Shown here piece after piece: positions 23,761-37,929 of a stretch of DNA of 64,000 nt. A program made the position numbers and the translations under genes. The DNA is from Callorhinchus milii (taxonomy: Eukaryota), in the NCBI RefSeq assembly GCF_018977255.1, contig NW_024704742.1, positions 23,128,001-23,192,000 on the forward strand, written 5' to 3'. Numbering within the stretch: the first letter of the stretch is position 1; every line of letters starts with the position of its first letter. The notes under the pieces were generated by a model. It saw only the letters and a list, made by a program, of their open reading frames with translations, was not told where the DNA came from and did no database searches.

Positions 23761-25799
23761 CCTGAATATAGCACAGGAAGCGACATATGCAACGAACTGC
23801 TCTCAGCCATTTTTTTTAGTTCAAGAAACCAGCTTCTCAGTGCCAACCCTGGTTGATTGAGTGGAGATATAATCTTTGTGTATGAGTATTAATGTATATT
23901 AAAAACCATCAAGATAATGCAATTATACTGACCATAACCATTTTGGCTGCCTCCTCCCAACCCTGATTGGTGGTCTGGGCTGTCAGTCAGGGGCAGGATG
24001 AGGGGCAGTGATTGAGGTGGACTGGAGAGCTAATGCTTCATAGTTGTCCGCACAGTAAGGATAAGGTCACTGATCACGAGAGATTGCTTTGGGTCCCGGT
24101 GATTAATCTGATCGATTTTACATTGGGTTCAATTAAGAATTTCTAGAATGTGACTATTGACGTATTAAGCGGAGTGACTAATAAGGCGGAGACAGTTATT
24201 AACAACTTGCATGGGAATTGGTCAGGATATTGACAGCATGGCTTTTTGATGGTAGTGACTACTTAAGCCTTATTATCTTAGTATCCAGAGTTTACTGTAT
24301 TGCCACAGGACACGTTGTTGGCTGTGCAGCTGGAACATAGAGGAGGGGTGTAGGTCCATTGAGGGAAAAAGGCCAGGGTATCATTGTAGAGACTTGAGAG
24401 ATGTATGAAGGTTGTGCTTGCTTGCATTTGGAGTGTCAATACAGTCTGTAAATGTTGTTATGTTTCTGGAAAGGAAACACAAAAATAATGAGGCTCGCTG
24501 ATGTTTCTTAAAAAGGGATTCTGGCCCTCAGCAACCACCCTGCCTTAAGAGAAAGAGAAAGTGGATGAAGTCAATAATAGGATAGCTTTGAGAAACAATG
24601 GGAGAAGCGGATGTAATAAGATGAACGACCATTTCTCTTCTCTGATTGCTTATATTTTTAACCTGGAAAGTCAACAAGCAAGAAACACCTGAATCCATCA
24701 ATGTCTGAATCCATTAATGCCTGGTTATACAACTAGGCTTTAATGCAAAAGACTGTTTGGAATTAGAAACTAGCATTTAAGGTACGAATAACTATTGACT
24801 TGTGGTTGGATTTAAGTACCACACATCTTGAACCTTAAGTGACAAGACTGAACACCCAGTGACTGCCACTAATGAAAGAAACCATAAAGGTCCTGAAATA
24901 TGGCATATTTTATAGGATACACAGTGGTGAGCAAATACATTATGTTTTAACAGTTCACTCACTGGGTTAGAAAGAGTTGATCAGTTGGGAGTTCAGGTCT
25001 ATTTGACAAGTAGTGTTTCACTTATACTTCAAGTGACGTACAGTGTTTGTGGGTTGATCTATAATAATAAACAATATTAATCCTTGCATTTGATAAGAGG
25101 AATGAAACAGCAGCTGTGGTTACAAACACCTTTTTCATGTCTGACAAACAGAAAAATTGCCTTTCAATTATGTTCTGCACTTGTTTACCTAGATAAGAAC
25201 ATTCTGCATTAAATCCTAATTCATGTTTTATTTATTCCAGATCAGCAGCACTTTCTTGAATGAGTCATTAATTTAAATCCTGTCTCCCTGTGATTCACGT
25301 GAAAGTTAAAGGATTTTCCTGCCCCCATATAAAAGAAACATTGATTTTTATTCTCCTGGTTTAAATCTTCTCCTCATCCAGGTTCACCCTCAAATTTCTA
25401 GACTATCTAGCTACTCATCTCATTGTTCTTTTACGTTCCTGGTGATGTAGATTGACTGTCACATTTGCTGTATTCACTTTATTTCTAATCAATTGCATTC
25501 CGTAAAGTATAACATGTAAGGTGCTTTATTGTATTGAGCTAGTTCTCAGGTCTCCTGGTGAAAGTTACGATGATTGAAAGATAACCTCTTTTTGATCATT
25601 ACCAATAGAGAGGTAGACAATACAATACAATTTACATTTATACAGTATAGTGCCTTTGACAGCAGTCTATCTCAGTTTCCTTTTTAAATACAATAATGAT
25701 ACATTTATATAGTGCCTTTCATGTTGGAAGGAGGATGTCTCAAAGCTCTTTAGACCACTGGTTGGACACCCGAGCTGCGGGATGTGGGCCAAAAAAGGT

Positions 25800-26009
25800 C
25801 ACTTTCCTCCTTCAAGGCCGGTCTCAAGACCTTTCCCTTCAAACGTGCCTTCAGCTCCCCTCTCGACTCTCTACCCCCTCCTCGCTCCCTCCCTTCCCTC
25901 CCCCTGACCATTTCCCCCCTGCTCAGGTCCCGACCCAACTGTCCAGTGCCTTGGGACGTCCTCCCGACGTGAAAGGCGCTCTATAAATGCAATCTTGTTG
26001 TTGTTGTTG
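25800..26009 (+). mobile_element. L2 3' end
   Basis: SSFKAGLKTFPF, with tail gggacgtcctcccgacgtgaaaggcgctctataaatgc and (TTG)n. Confidence 0.85.
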
Positions 26010-27139
26010 GGAGGGTAAAGATGACCAAAGGCAGAATTTAAGCGTTAAGTAAGTCTTCAGGCAGGTTTTGAACATGGGGAGGAATTTGGAGGGAGGGAGC
26101 AAGTTGGTGGAACTACTCAATGGACTTTCAGGGAGTGGATGGTATCAAATCTAATGTGTAGGAAAAGCTTTGCGAACTGCATTTCCTGTGGTACCATTGT
26201 TTCCAAGAAGAGATCCTTAGGCACATGAACCTTGCAATAGTGTCACAACAACAACTTCGATTTATATAGCGCCCTCCACGCTGTACGGCGTCTCAGAGCG
26301 CTTTACAGTAACGGATCCCGGGGCCAAGCATGGGGGCAGGGGGGAAGGTGACCAAAGGCACGGTCGAAGAGAAAGGTCTTCAGCAGAAACCTGAAAATAG
26401 GAAGAGAGGAGTGAGGATTGTATTGTGTTGGAGTGATACAGAGGACATGGAGCACACTTGGTGAAACTTGTTCCATTCATGCACAGAATGGCCAGTGGGT
26501 GTTGCTATACCTACCCCTGTATATCCATGCTGTAAACAGGACATTTAGCAGGGGAAGAAATATTTGAGTACATGTTGGCAATGAGGAAACTGGTATTCAT
26601 TTGCCCAGAATTTTACAATGGATCTATAAATAGTACAACTTTCCTTTACACATTAGCTTCTAGCTTCCTTGCAATATATGTGGATAAATTATTATTAATA
26701 ATGGTAACCGCACATAAAGTTACTAGACCAGCCAGAATCATCCTTCCCAATAGCTCTCTTAGTTGAGGAAGTATCGAAAACTGCACATTTGCCTTGGATC
26801 ACTGTAGATCTGCCTTGTTTGTCCCAGATGATTTATTCTTGTCTGGAGCCAGTGCTGATATGATAGGTTTAAAGTGCAACTTTTGGCTTGTGTTACTAAA
26901 TAGCATTAGTATCACACATCATGCACTGATGCTATTAGGTGAAAACTTACTTTTAATCTTTTCTTACAAAATTAGCATTATGTTCAGTCTGTCATTGTAC
27001 ATTCTTGTCATTGTACATCTTGGGTACCACAGGCCGTTCTGTAACATATCAAACTGTTCAGACAAACAGCTGACAGTAGAGCAGACATCTTCAGGCACAA
27101 ACTTTGTGCCTGGATGTTGCACTTTAAACCTGCCATCTC

Positions 27140-27995
27140 ATCAAACCTGGATGAGTGTAAACTTCCTGCACCTGAATATGGACAAGACGGAAGCCATACT
27201 CCTTGGTTCCCATCAACGTGTTCACGTCCGTGGATCTAAACTACTCAACCTCCCTGGGCTCTCCCTCAGACTCACTGAACTAGTGCACAACCTAGTCTCT
27301 GGTTCCACCTCCAACTGCCCTTCCTCCCTCACATCCAGTCCCTGACCAGGACCGCTCTCTTCCACCATATTGCCTACCTCCGACTGTACCTTACCCCGAA
27401 TGCTGCCGAAACCCTCGTGCATGCATTTGTCACCTCCCACTTGGTTTACTCCAACACACTTCTCGCCGGTCTCCCCACCTCTACTATTCACACGATCCTG
27501 CTCATTCAGAACTCTGCTGCCCACATACTGACCCAGACCAAACTCTGTACCCACATCTCACCAGTTCTGGCCAGGCTGCACTGGCTCCCCATCACTGAAT
27601 GGATCGACTTCAAGATCCCCACACTCGTGTTCAAATCCCTTCACTCTCTGGCACCTCCCTACCCCTCCGACCTCCTCACTCCCCAGTACATCACCCGGTG
27701 GCATGTGGCACCGACTGAGACTGGCCTCCTGCTCGTCCCTCTCACCCTCCTCCCCACCATTGGAGTTCATGCTTTCAGCCCTATGCCCCAAAACTCAGGA
27801 ACACTCTCACTCATTCCCTCCGCCTTGCCCCCTCTCTCTCTTCTTTCAAGTCCCGCCTGAAAACTTTCCTCTTCGACCGTACTTACGGCCACCTTCTCCC
27901 TCCCCCCGGCCAGGAGTCAGACTCCGCCACTGTTAAGCGTTCTGAGACGCTACCCTGCGTGGAGGGTGCTATATAAGTGCAAGTTGTTGTTGCTG
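27140..27995 (+). mobile_element. L2 LINE 3' portion, divergent subfamily
   Basis: WMSVNFLHLNMDKTEAILLG; HAFVTSHLVYSNTLLAGLP..IQNSAAHILT..LARLHWLP. Confidence 0.88.
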
Positions 27996-30654
27996 TGGTT
28001 CGTGGTTCCCATTCCATGAAAAAGAATAAATTGTAGAGTGTTGCCTTGTTGCATAAAACATGAATCTGCAGTGGAGCACAGACATAGTTAAAGCATTTTA
28101 TTTTTTTACACTGTGGTCGCCAACACCACATGTGCTATTTCATATATTTTTAAAAATGTTTCCCAGTCTTTGGAAAAATCAATATGTAGGGCAACCAGAC
28201 AGGGACACAGCTGAAGCCTCAATCGAATGGAAGTCTGTTAGGACTTCACTTGTGACTCTTCTGGAGACTTAACACACTTGAGCTGTCAGCTCATTTCCAT
28301 CACTTTGAGTGCAGTATCTCATGTGTGTTGCATGAAAGTTGACCACCTATTTTCTCCACATATACTGTATTTGGGTTAGCATCGATTGTGAGGCTGTGCA
28401 TAGGAAGTGCAGGGAACCCTTTTCCCTTATTTGAACTGCAGAGTCAATTCTTCACCAAAATTGCTAATACAGCAACTCGCTTTGTTTTTAAAACTAAAAT
28501 AAATATCACGCTATCAATGAAAGGTGCAATATAAATGTAAAATTGTATTGTATCTCTACAGATGTCTTTAATGATGATGCAGTTTCCGACTTTGAGAAAA
28601 TGCAACGATTTATTAGTAGCTCAGCAGTCTAGCAGTCGTTAGATTTGCAAACCTGTTCGCCACATTCCCCAGTCGATGTCTTGAGAATAAAGTGTGATAC
28701 ATTTTGCTGCACACTTGCGAAGCATTAACCTTTGAATAGATTTGCTGTGATTGTTGCTATGGAACTGGGAACTGTGAAGTTTATGACGAATGATTGGAGA
28801 TTCTCAGTTAAGAAGCTTGCGATTACCTGAGATGTTTTGTACTTGCAGGTTCCACATTTGTTGATTTCATTTTTTACCAATACAATTCAGTTCACAGCAA
28901 AACAAATTGATACAAGCAGCAATTCCCTGTCAATTTGACCCTCTGAAACAAAGGCACTGAAATTATTTTGGATCTCGCTCACAAATTGATCAATGTAAAT
29001 TCATGTTCAATAATAACATGATAAAATTGTGCTCAGTTACGTCCAGATCACTGAATAATAATAAAAATAATAATCCTTTTATTTGATATGGCACATTTCA
29101 TGTCGATAAGATGTTTCAAAGTACTTCACAGGATTTACTGCAAAGTGCACTGGATTATGAGTTCAAAGACCCAAAGAGGGATTTGAAACACAGGAATATT
29201 AATCCTTGCATTTGACATCATGATCCACCCGTAGCAAATTCAGTCATTCAACTGGAAGCTGGGCGAAACAATTCAAAATTACCCCTCTGTCAGACAGAAA
29301 TGAACTACCTGACCCATGCAAATGAGTCTATCTCTGCTGGTTATCTCCACTGGTAGTTAAAAACATCAAACAGCAACTGATCACAAAATCATATTTGACA
29401 GCAAGACAGGAATTGTAGATTCTAGTCAAGTTGAATGTGATACAAAATTAAAATTACTCTTGTTTTACTAACAGTTGATTGGATTTTCAGTAAAAGAAAA
29501 CATGTCCAAAATGATTTACTGCCGACTTCTTCATTGAACTCTCCCTTTAGTCATGCTCACTTCCTTGTTCCCTGGAGGCCACTATGTCAGCAGAAACAGA
29601 AGTGTCCCTTCTCTTTGGAAAGAGCAAAGTCACTGTAGGGATGTCAAGAAGAGCTGATTCTGTTCTGTTTCCCTTCATAGAGATTTGTTTTATAACAAGA
29701 CTTTCATTTACAAGCCTGTACATGTCATTAAACTGCATCTGCCCGTCCAACCCAGTCACCATGCTTGGAAAAGTGACATTACTTCTTGAAGCAGTCCCTT
29801 CCTTTATCTATATTACTGTTGGGTGGGACCCCCTGTGTAGGTTTTATAATGCTTTCACTCTACCATTTCATCCTCATCTGTCTATCCCAGTTGGTTGCAC
29901 TCTCTCCCCTGGGTCAGAAGGTTATGGGTTGAAGCCCACATCATGACCTTGTTTGCCTATGACATTTATCAGTAATTGGTTGTGATGTGCTTTGAGACAT
30001 TTTAATGAGAGGAGGCACTGTAGTTTTTCTTTTGTTCATCGGGAGGTTACCTCTGCCTCCCTGAATCTGACTGTGTGCTGCCTGCAGAGGTTTGCTATTC
30101 TCTCTCACTCTACATGTACTATTTCTCTAAGGTTTTATGGAGCCACTGCATTCTAATGAATATTCAAATGAGGCTTTATATCCACAGTAGACAGTCTGTG
30201 CTAAAAGTCTTCAATGCAGGGGATATGCCAATTGCATTGCAAAACTGTGTTTTCATTACAAAACACCTAACAATTTCTATACCTGGAGGATAATTAACAA
30301 CTGGAACAGGTTGTCAGGAAGGGTGGTTGAGGCCAGGACACTAGGACTCATTTAAAAATCAGCTTGATGTTCCAACTGAGGGTTGATAGGGTGGGTGATC
30401 TGGAAGGATGACATTGGATAGGCCTTCTTTATCCAAACCAATTTTGTGATCTTGTGTTTTACATTTAAATGTGACATTTCAGCCAAATGTGGCGCTGTAT
30501 GAGTCAGAAGCTGAAATTGGGTTTTAGCTTTTGTATAAGGCAGCGATAACTGGCAAAAGGGAATAGGCAGGCTGAAGTTCGGAATAGTTCAGGGAATAGA
30601 TTAAATCATCTATGGCATGGATAAGGACACCAATTGGACAACCCTGTTCTGATT

Positions 30655-30900
30655 CTCCAATGCAGGGCTATGTGCATTGCTATTCTTCCAATGACATATT
30701 AGATTGAGGTCCTGTTTGCCTGTTTAGGTGGAGATCAAAGATTCCAAGACACTATTTATAAAGAGAAAGGATTTTCTCCTCAAGTCCTGGCCATTAATTC
30801 TCCAGATAAAATAGGTCATTCATTTCATGAGTGGTTGTGAGATATTGTTTGCCAATTTAAATGCACGTTCGCACTGTATAAAATGCAAGGATTATAATTA
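30655..30900 (+). mobile_element. Deu-domain SINE fragment
   Basis: gaggtcctgtttgcctgtttaggtggagatcaaagattccaagacactattt...gtcctggcca. Confidence 0.6.
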
Positions 30901-33221
30901 TTTGAAACTGAAACATTTACAATATCCAAAATTGCCTTGTAAGGGAATTTTCTACAAAAAGAGAAAGTTAAACTTGTGGTTGTGAATAAACAATTGGGAC
31001 CAGGAGTCACTAACTAATGTATACTATATCAACTCTTTTCATTGGCCATGTATTCAATATGGAACACTGTTCACATGTCACCAGTTTTAAGTTACACAAA
31101 GTACAAGCAATTAAGAGCTGCTGTATTTCCATCTCCATTAGCAATTAAAACACATTTGCCTACACAACATAAACATTACCGCTTACAGTAAATCTAGTCA
31201 AGCGTTTCTGATGTGAAAGGTGCTATGTCAAATGGAAAGGATGATCATTATTGTTATTAAAACTCAATCAACTGTAGGAAATAATCCAAAGCGGGGAATC
31301 TGCTTCATTTGAAAATAAACACACTTAAAATGACCATGTTAGTCAGTTTATGTATTACCGATTTAAGCTTTTTATCATTAAGAAAAAAGTCCTCCAGGAT
31401 TTGAAGGAATGAATCGTCCCTATCACATTTCAGATTCGTTGTTAAGACCTTTACAAAATTGATATTTCAACTTTAATCAACTTGATGCTATTTTGTGGTA
31501 TTTTGTGATCTCTTCGAATCCTTCACTGAATTACTGCTATGGTTGAATGATATCTTGGTACCAATGCACCATTGCACCAATGCAATATTAATGCAACTTC
31601 ATCAATTTCAACCAATCTTGATTTCCCTGGATGGAAAACCTATATTCTGCCAACTTTGAATTCGTGTTGCAAATTCCAAATTGTAATGGGGTTCAGTTAA
31701 GTGTATAAGCTTAATGTTAAGCACATTAGAATCTAAAATAACTACAATTGAAATTAGGGTCTTTGATTAAATAAAACATATTCATAACATAACATATTCC
31801 TCAAGTTATTTGCAATTTATGAAACAAATTTGTTACACCACAAATGTTACCTCTTGTTTCAATATCTGTCAGAATACAGGGAATGCATGCCATTTTCCTG
31901 CATCTCAAGGCATGATGCTTGAACTCTGATGGGCTTTGGCTCTGTGTTGAGCACTGCAATATAGGTAGCACCCCTCTGTGCTCTGTACAGTACTTTTGTG
32001 AATCATTTCTAAATGCATAGCTTGGATGCTGATGTTAATACAGCATTTATGTAGATGGTATCATTTCTCCATTGCAGTTGAAACAAGTGAAAGCGTTGGG
32101 ATCTAATTTGCAATACTTCTTAAAAACTTTCTTGATAAGATACAAAGCAAAGTGTGGGGTATTCCTAAACATGTTCCATTCCTTTAATTGCTGCCGGGGT
32201 TAAATATAGTATGAAATTACTGTATTACTATAAAATATTATTGTATGAAATTTGCAGTGAAAAGTTATCAATATTGTCGGCCTTAAACTATCACATTCGT
32301 AAAGTTGTTGTAATGCCTCGAATAGCAAAATACAAAGCCAATGAAGCGCTTTGAGACGTCTCAACGATGTGATAAGATTATTATAAATTATTATTATTAT
32401 TTAACCTTTCTGCATATGTGGAACTCTCAAGTCTGATTTCAATAGTTTTAAGCATGGCGATGGGCTTCAGATGTCTCGCTAACCAAAGAAAACCTCCCTA
32501 AGATACTAGGCAGATGGTAATGGTGATATTTTTGTGGTTGAGACTGAGGCCTCAAGCCGAGGCTTTTTGATTGGTAAAAGGTGATTTTTGGCACAGATTT
32601 CACCTCTACTTATCAAACCTGGAAAATCAACATTAAAGAATAAAAACAAGTAAGACTTTAAAAACAATGGTTTAGAATAAAACAAAACCCATGGAGGACA
32701 GCTGGGTATGAAAATAAGCAATCCATTTATTGGGAGAATAGTGAACATGGTAACTTTACCCTGTAAACAATCGATAAATTAGTGCAATTCACAAGCGTAA
32801 TGAAGTGTAGTTATCATTGTTAAATTCAAATGAATTGGCTGCCCATCTCACTGTTTATAGGATATTGCTGCCATAGATTCGCTGCCATATTTGTCTCTAT
32901 AACAACATTCGCTTTTTATTTTTAAAAAGGTACTATATAAATGCAAGTTGTTATTTATTGTTATTAAATATGATTGCATTTGAACTTTCATTTGAATCAA
33001 AATCTGAAAACAACAACAACTTGCATTTATATAGAACCCTTTATACGGAATAGTACTTAAGCTTAAGCCTAAGTCTTGGATTTTGATGATACACCATTAG
33101 ATTGCTTGAATTGTGATGAGTGAGCAATTTCACTTATGGGTGTTGTAGAGAGAAGGTCATAAAGATGGTGCTTAAGAAATCAAAGATTGGTGCTTAGTAA
33201 AAGACTCTCTCTTTCTTACAG

Positions 33222-33556
33222 GGGAAAGCTACGTTTGTTCCTCCAATGAGGCATTTCGCAAGGTAGACTATGCCAAGAATGTCAATCCAAACTGGTCAGT
33301 TAATATCAAGACCGGATCGTCCCGCTCTCTCTCATCACTGTCTTCAGGGAAAGGTGAAGGAAGAGAAAACAAGGATTTTATCAGGCCCAAGCTGGTGACT
33401 GTTATCCGAAGTGGCGTGAAGCCACGGAAAGCAGTGAGGGTTCTTCTAAATAAGAAAACAGCTCATTCATTCGATCAAGTCTTAACTGACATCACAGATG
33501 CCATAAAGCTGGATTCTGGAGCAGTCCGAAGGCTTTACACACTGGATGGAAAACAG
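33222..33556 (+). CDS. DCLK2: DCLK2-like second coding exon: inter-DCX linker and most of DCX domain 2
   Basis: Acceptor ctctctctttcttacAG (ends 33221). Reads (G)[29 protein letters not shown]...[62 protein letters not shown]. Donor CAG|GTAGGA at 33557. 335 nt, joins exon 1 in frame (445+335=780 nt). Confidence 0.93.
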
Positions 33557-35284
33557 GTAGGACAACAGTTCTTCTCTGCTAACATTCCCCCTCCTCCCTT
33601 GCTTTGTGTCCTGGTCATATTTGTGAAGCTGTCCGACACATTATTCTTGAAATTACCCTCAGTGGACTGGATAAAGGAGTCACGTCCACATTTTCTTGAC
33701 TGTTGAGCATGGCTAACTTGATGACAGCAGCAAGAGCTTGAAAGTGCAAGCTTCCTAAATATGATGTTCTCTCCAGGCTTCTCTCGTTCCTGTTGACATG
33801 AAGTGTGTATGTAGCTGGCTTTCCCTCTACTGTACAGCAAGCAGCAGAAGCAGTATCTGGGTACCAGACTGATGCGCCCAGGTTAATATATCACCTCCAA
33901 GTTCTAATCCTGGTTCCTCTCTGCACTCCCTCTCCTCCTTTGCTTGGTGTACTTGGCTTCTTTGTGAAGCAGTTCGAGACGTTACACTGTGTGAAGAGGT
34001 GCTCTATTAAGTGCACGTTGTTGTTGAAGATAGCCTCGTTCATTGTTGATGAAGAAAAATTGAACTGTGAGGCCAAAACGATTTGATTTTGTTACCAAAA
34101 AGTCTTTCATTATGGTTTTCACTTGAGGTGCTGCTTTTCACATGTGCTTCACGCAGTCCTCACCAGTTGTGAGAATCTTCTCAGAGAGTGAAGCAAGGCA
34201 GTGATGAGTCATCCTGGTTTATTATTTAGTTTTCTCCAGATATCTGTTTTGTACTCATTTGTTTGGAAACCGTTGATGCTCATGACCACCTTTGTGGGAG
34301 TTTGCATTGATAGGAATAATTGTCAGGACTGAAGCCTTTCTAACCTTGTTTTCCTTTGTTCAGGTTGTAGCATGTGAGTTGGGTTTTGACCAATTCTCTG
34401 AGTTTACTGACTGACTTTTATTACATTTCTCATTTTATTTGTTGCGTTTCCTTTGTGAAATCGTGATTTCTGGTGGCAATCAATAGCTGAAAAGACGGCA
34501 AGGAAATTAAAATACTTGTTTGCAGCTCAATACTTTTTAGATTTTGAAGATATAAGAAAACAAGTTCCGATTCGGACTCATCGTAGCTGTAAACACCAAG
34601 TTCCCAAGTTTTTCCCGGTTTCCAGTGCTATTGGCCATTCGTCGTCAAGAGGGACGAATACAATTTCACTTAATGAGAGAGAGAGATCATACCCCCTGCC
34701 CCAATCGCATATGAAGGTGGCTTGGACTCTCATTTCAAATTCCCTCTTGGTCTGTCCTCTTACTCCTCCAGTTCCTTCTCTCTCCATGAACACCTCCCTC
34801 TTTACCATGCTCCATTTTACCCTCTCGCACTCTGCTTTCAACACCCACCTAAAGACCTATCTCTTTGACTGCGATTTTGGCCATCTCTCTCCTCCCCACC
34901 GCCACTCCTCCTGTCACCCTCCTAGCTCGGGCTCCGAGTCGATCTTAGTAAAACGCTTTGGACATTCTCCTTATGGGAAAGAGATATAGAACTAAAAATT
35001 GTCATCCTTAAAACCTAGCGTCCTGAACAATAAATTTAAAACAGATTCAGAATGTGCTCCTTTTCCTTTTAGTGACTGAGGACAACAGCAAATTGCATTA
35101 TTTAGTGCCTTTCACGTCAGGATGACGTCCCAAGGACATTATTCCCTTCCGTAGGGGCTAGTGATTTGATGCTGGTTCACCAGATACCAGTTTGATCCTA
35201 AAGGTTGATTCACTGTCAGTTTTCTGGCATTCCCAAGGGAAATTGAGGGGAGGTGCTGTGGTCTGTGGTCTTTTATTAAAAATC

Positions 35285-35452
35285 AGTTGTTTCATGGTTG
35301 TTTGTGGGACATTGCTGTGTGCAGTTGGCTGCTACGTTTGCCTATGAATACACAGTCACTGCATTTCATAATATTTCCTGTGAAGTGCTTTGAGACATCC
35401 TTAGTGCGTGATAAGGTGCTATACCAAATGCATGGATTACTATTATTATTAT
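35285..35452 (+). mobile_element. SINE 3' fragment
   Basis: tgtttgtgggacattgctgtgtgcagttggctgc and tail. Confidence 0.75.
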
Positions 35453-36054
35453 ATTAAATGTAGCGTCACTAGGCCTAACTGCAGTGCTGCCTCTTTCAAA
35501 CAAGTAATACTGTTCAGCCCGAGGTCAGGCTGCAGGAAATCCTCACAGGATGTTTGGAAATGCTAACGTCATCAGAGATTTACCTCAGCACAACAGCCAG
35601 CTCCTGATCCCCTGACTGCTGGCCCGTCCTGTTCTGCACCTCGTCCTTACTGCCGAGTCATGCCTGCCCTGGGTTTCTCAAGGTTTTGGTGCAGAATGTA
35701 GTTAAACTCCACGGAAATGTCAATACCAAATATTGTGGTTTTTCTTCCCTTTTTTTTATCTTCAGCCTCCTGTAGTAATGTTTTTAATTCCATTCAGCCT
35801 TAAACACTGCTGCTTTTTATCCTGTACGGCGATCAATGGAAATAATCCAGTCTTGTAAATAGCATATAGGCTGTTTATTGTCATTCTAATGCAGACTGCA
35901 GCATCGCACTGTTGGTTCCCACTAGATCAGTGCCTTGGGATATCCTCCTGATGTGAAATACACTATATAAATATAAATGCAATTTGTTGTTGTTGTGTCT
36001 CTTTCTATCAAACTCTGTCTCTATTATTACCTCTATTACTGCTTTTGTCGCTAG

Positions 36055-36101
36055 CTTTCTCTCTCTCTCTCTCTCTCGCTCTCTCTCTCTCTTTCTCTCT
36101 C
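36055..36101. repeat. (CT)n microsatellite
   Basis: Read directly. Confidence 0.9.
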
Positions 36102-37929
36102 CTGAATACAGAAGTGTTTCATGGATATTTGTATTCTGTGCACAATAGCTAGGAGTTGCTGAGGGAATATATCAGGATTAACCATGTGTGCCTTCCAGAT
36201 GCTCTTCATGCCTTGTGCCGTGGCAAACAGAATGCAGAAAGCATGGCGGCTCACAGTACAACTAACACAAACTGCGCATGTTTGTAAAATTACCTGACAA
36301 TGCATAATTAACCACTAACGGAAAAGAAATGAAGTGTTAAACATCTGAATCAGTTCTTCAAAAATACATTAATCATTGATTAATGAACACCTGCTTCTCC
36401 ATTAACTCGCAGCACAATTCATCGGATTAAGAAATGAAATGTGAGTGTTAACTCACGGGTATGTTACATGGATCACTAATAGGCCCTTCATCAATGTATC
36501 ATGCGTTGTGCAGCTTTTCATGATGAAGCAATCCTAAATGAGGTAAAATTATAGCCGGTCCTAGTGAATGTCCTAGATATTGTAAGTTAAACCAGAGGTG
36601 GGGTGAAGCACTGAACTGACCCATTTTGTTGGTCAGCGTTTTGTTGCAGTGAATTTCATGCTCCAATTAATGATATCAGTGCCTTCGGACGTCTTCCTGA
36701 CGTGAAAGGTGCGCTACAAATTTGTTGTTGTTATTGCCAGGAAATGGAACTCTTTTCCTTTCGGGGCACCTGTGCCAACATTAAGAGTTCCTAGTAGATA
36801 ATAACAATAATAATCCTTATAGTGCGTGTTATAGTGCCTTATTAAGTCGTTGAGACATCTCAAAGCACTTTACAGAATAAGTCAAGGGTACCAATATGTT
36901 ACCAGCTATTTTATTCTGTTGGAGCCAATGAGCTTGTTTCTCCTGACCGCTCCTCTCCCCCTCCCCCCATCTCATTCTGACTGTAAGGAACCCTTGGTTT
37001 TAGTTGCAAATTTCTTTGTGTGTGCTGCATGCAAAACAGCTTTGCTTTCGGCTACAAAATGGATTGCTAACTGGAAATAAAATTAACTGATAAAACTGGT
37101 TAAGTTTTTATATAGTGTTCACAATGACACTGGAGTGTCATCAGTTCTTCAATGACACAATGATACGTGCGGTCTGAAGCACTGACCTTCTCAACTCAAG
37201 TTCTGGGTATTGAAATCAACCACAGCATGACCGGATTTGTATTGTAACAGATGGCATCGAGTTCAACACGTCATCACCTGATGCGGAATTGAATGGATGA
37301 ATCCAAGACCACATTTGTACTGTACTCCTCTTATAAAAAAATATTGGTATGGAAAAGACCTGAAAAGACTATTGTGATCCATCTAGGTAGTCCCAAGGCT
37401 TAAAAAATATATATGCTGCACCAGTATCTCTAAAGGACCATTACAATGTAAAGTGCAATGACTGTATTTTTGCGGGTGAATGTAGCAGCAAATTTGTGCA
37501 CAAAAATGTCTCACAAACAGCCGTTAAATAAATGATGGATATATAGATGTTCCAAAAGAAATCAGGATTTTCACCAAATTGTAAATGTTTTTATTTATGT
37601 TAAATTTCTCTTCCCGCACCCCAATTTCCTGCCATTATTTGACAGAAAAAATAGATCTTCCAAATCCTGAGGTTTTGATTTTGTGAATAAAAATTTAATT
37701 TAATGGTCCTGATGAATCTTTTATCTTCTAAATCAAAATAGCGAATGGCTCTAATCCATCTTCAACTTGCTGACACCATATGCCTCCATGACCTCTCTGG
37801 GTTGTCTATTCCAAATATTCTCCGCTGTTTGTGTAAAGTTATTGAAACTGAACTGTCTGTTCGGCTTCCTTTTTGAGCTGACATCTGTCACTCAAGGATA
37901 TGGGTGGTGCAATTTTGAATTGATTTAAT

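Noticed and set aside
24050..24300. Tigger-like MITE (cagtaa...ttactg ends)
   Set aside because: The inverted termini are too short and degenerate to support the call.
29547..29946. Overlapping ORFs in unique intronic sequence
   Set aside because: No recognisable homology, and the 3' end runs into a SINE head.
33557..33706. Read-through of exon 2 giving a truncated DCX-only isoform
   Set aside because: The sequence after the donor is non-homologous, and the idea cannot be supported without transcripts.
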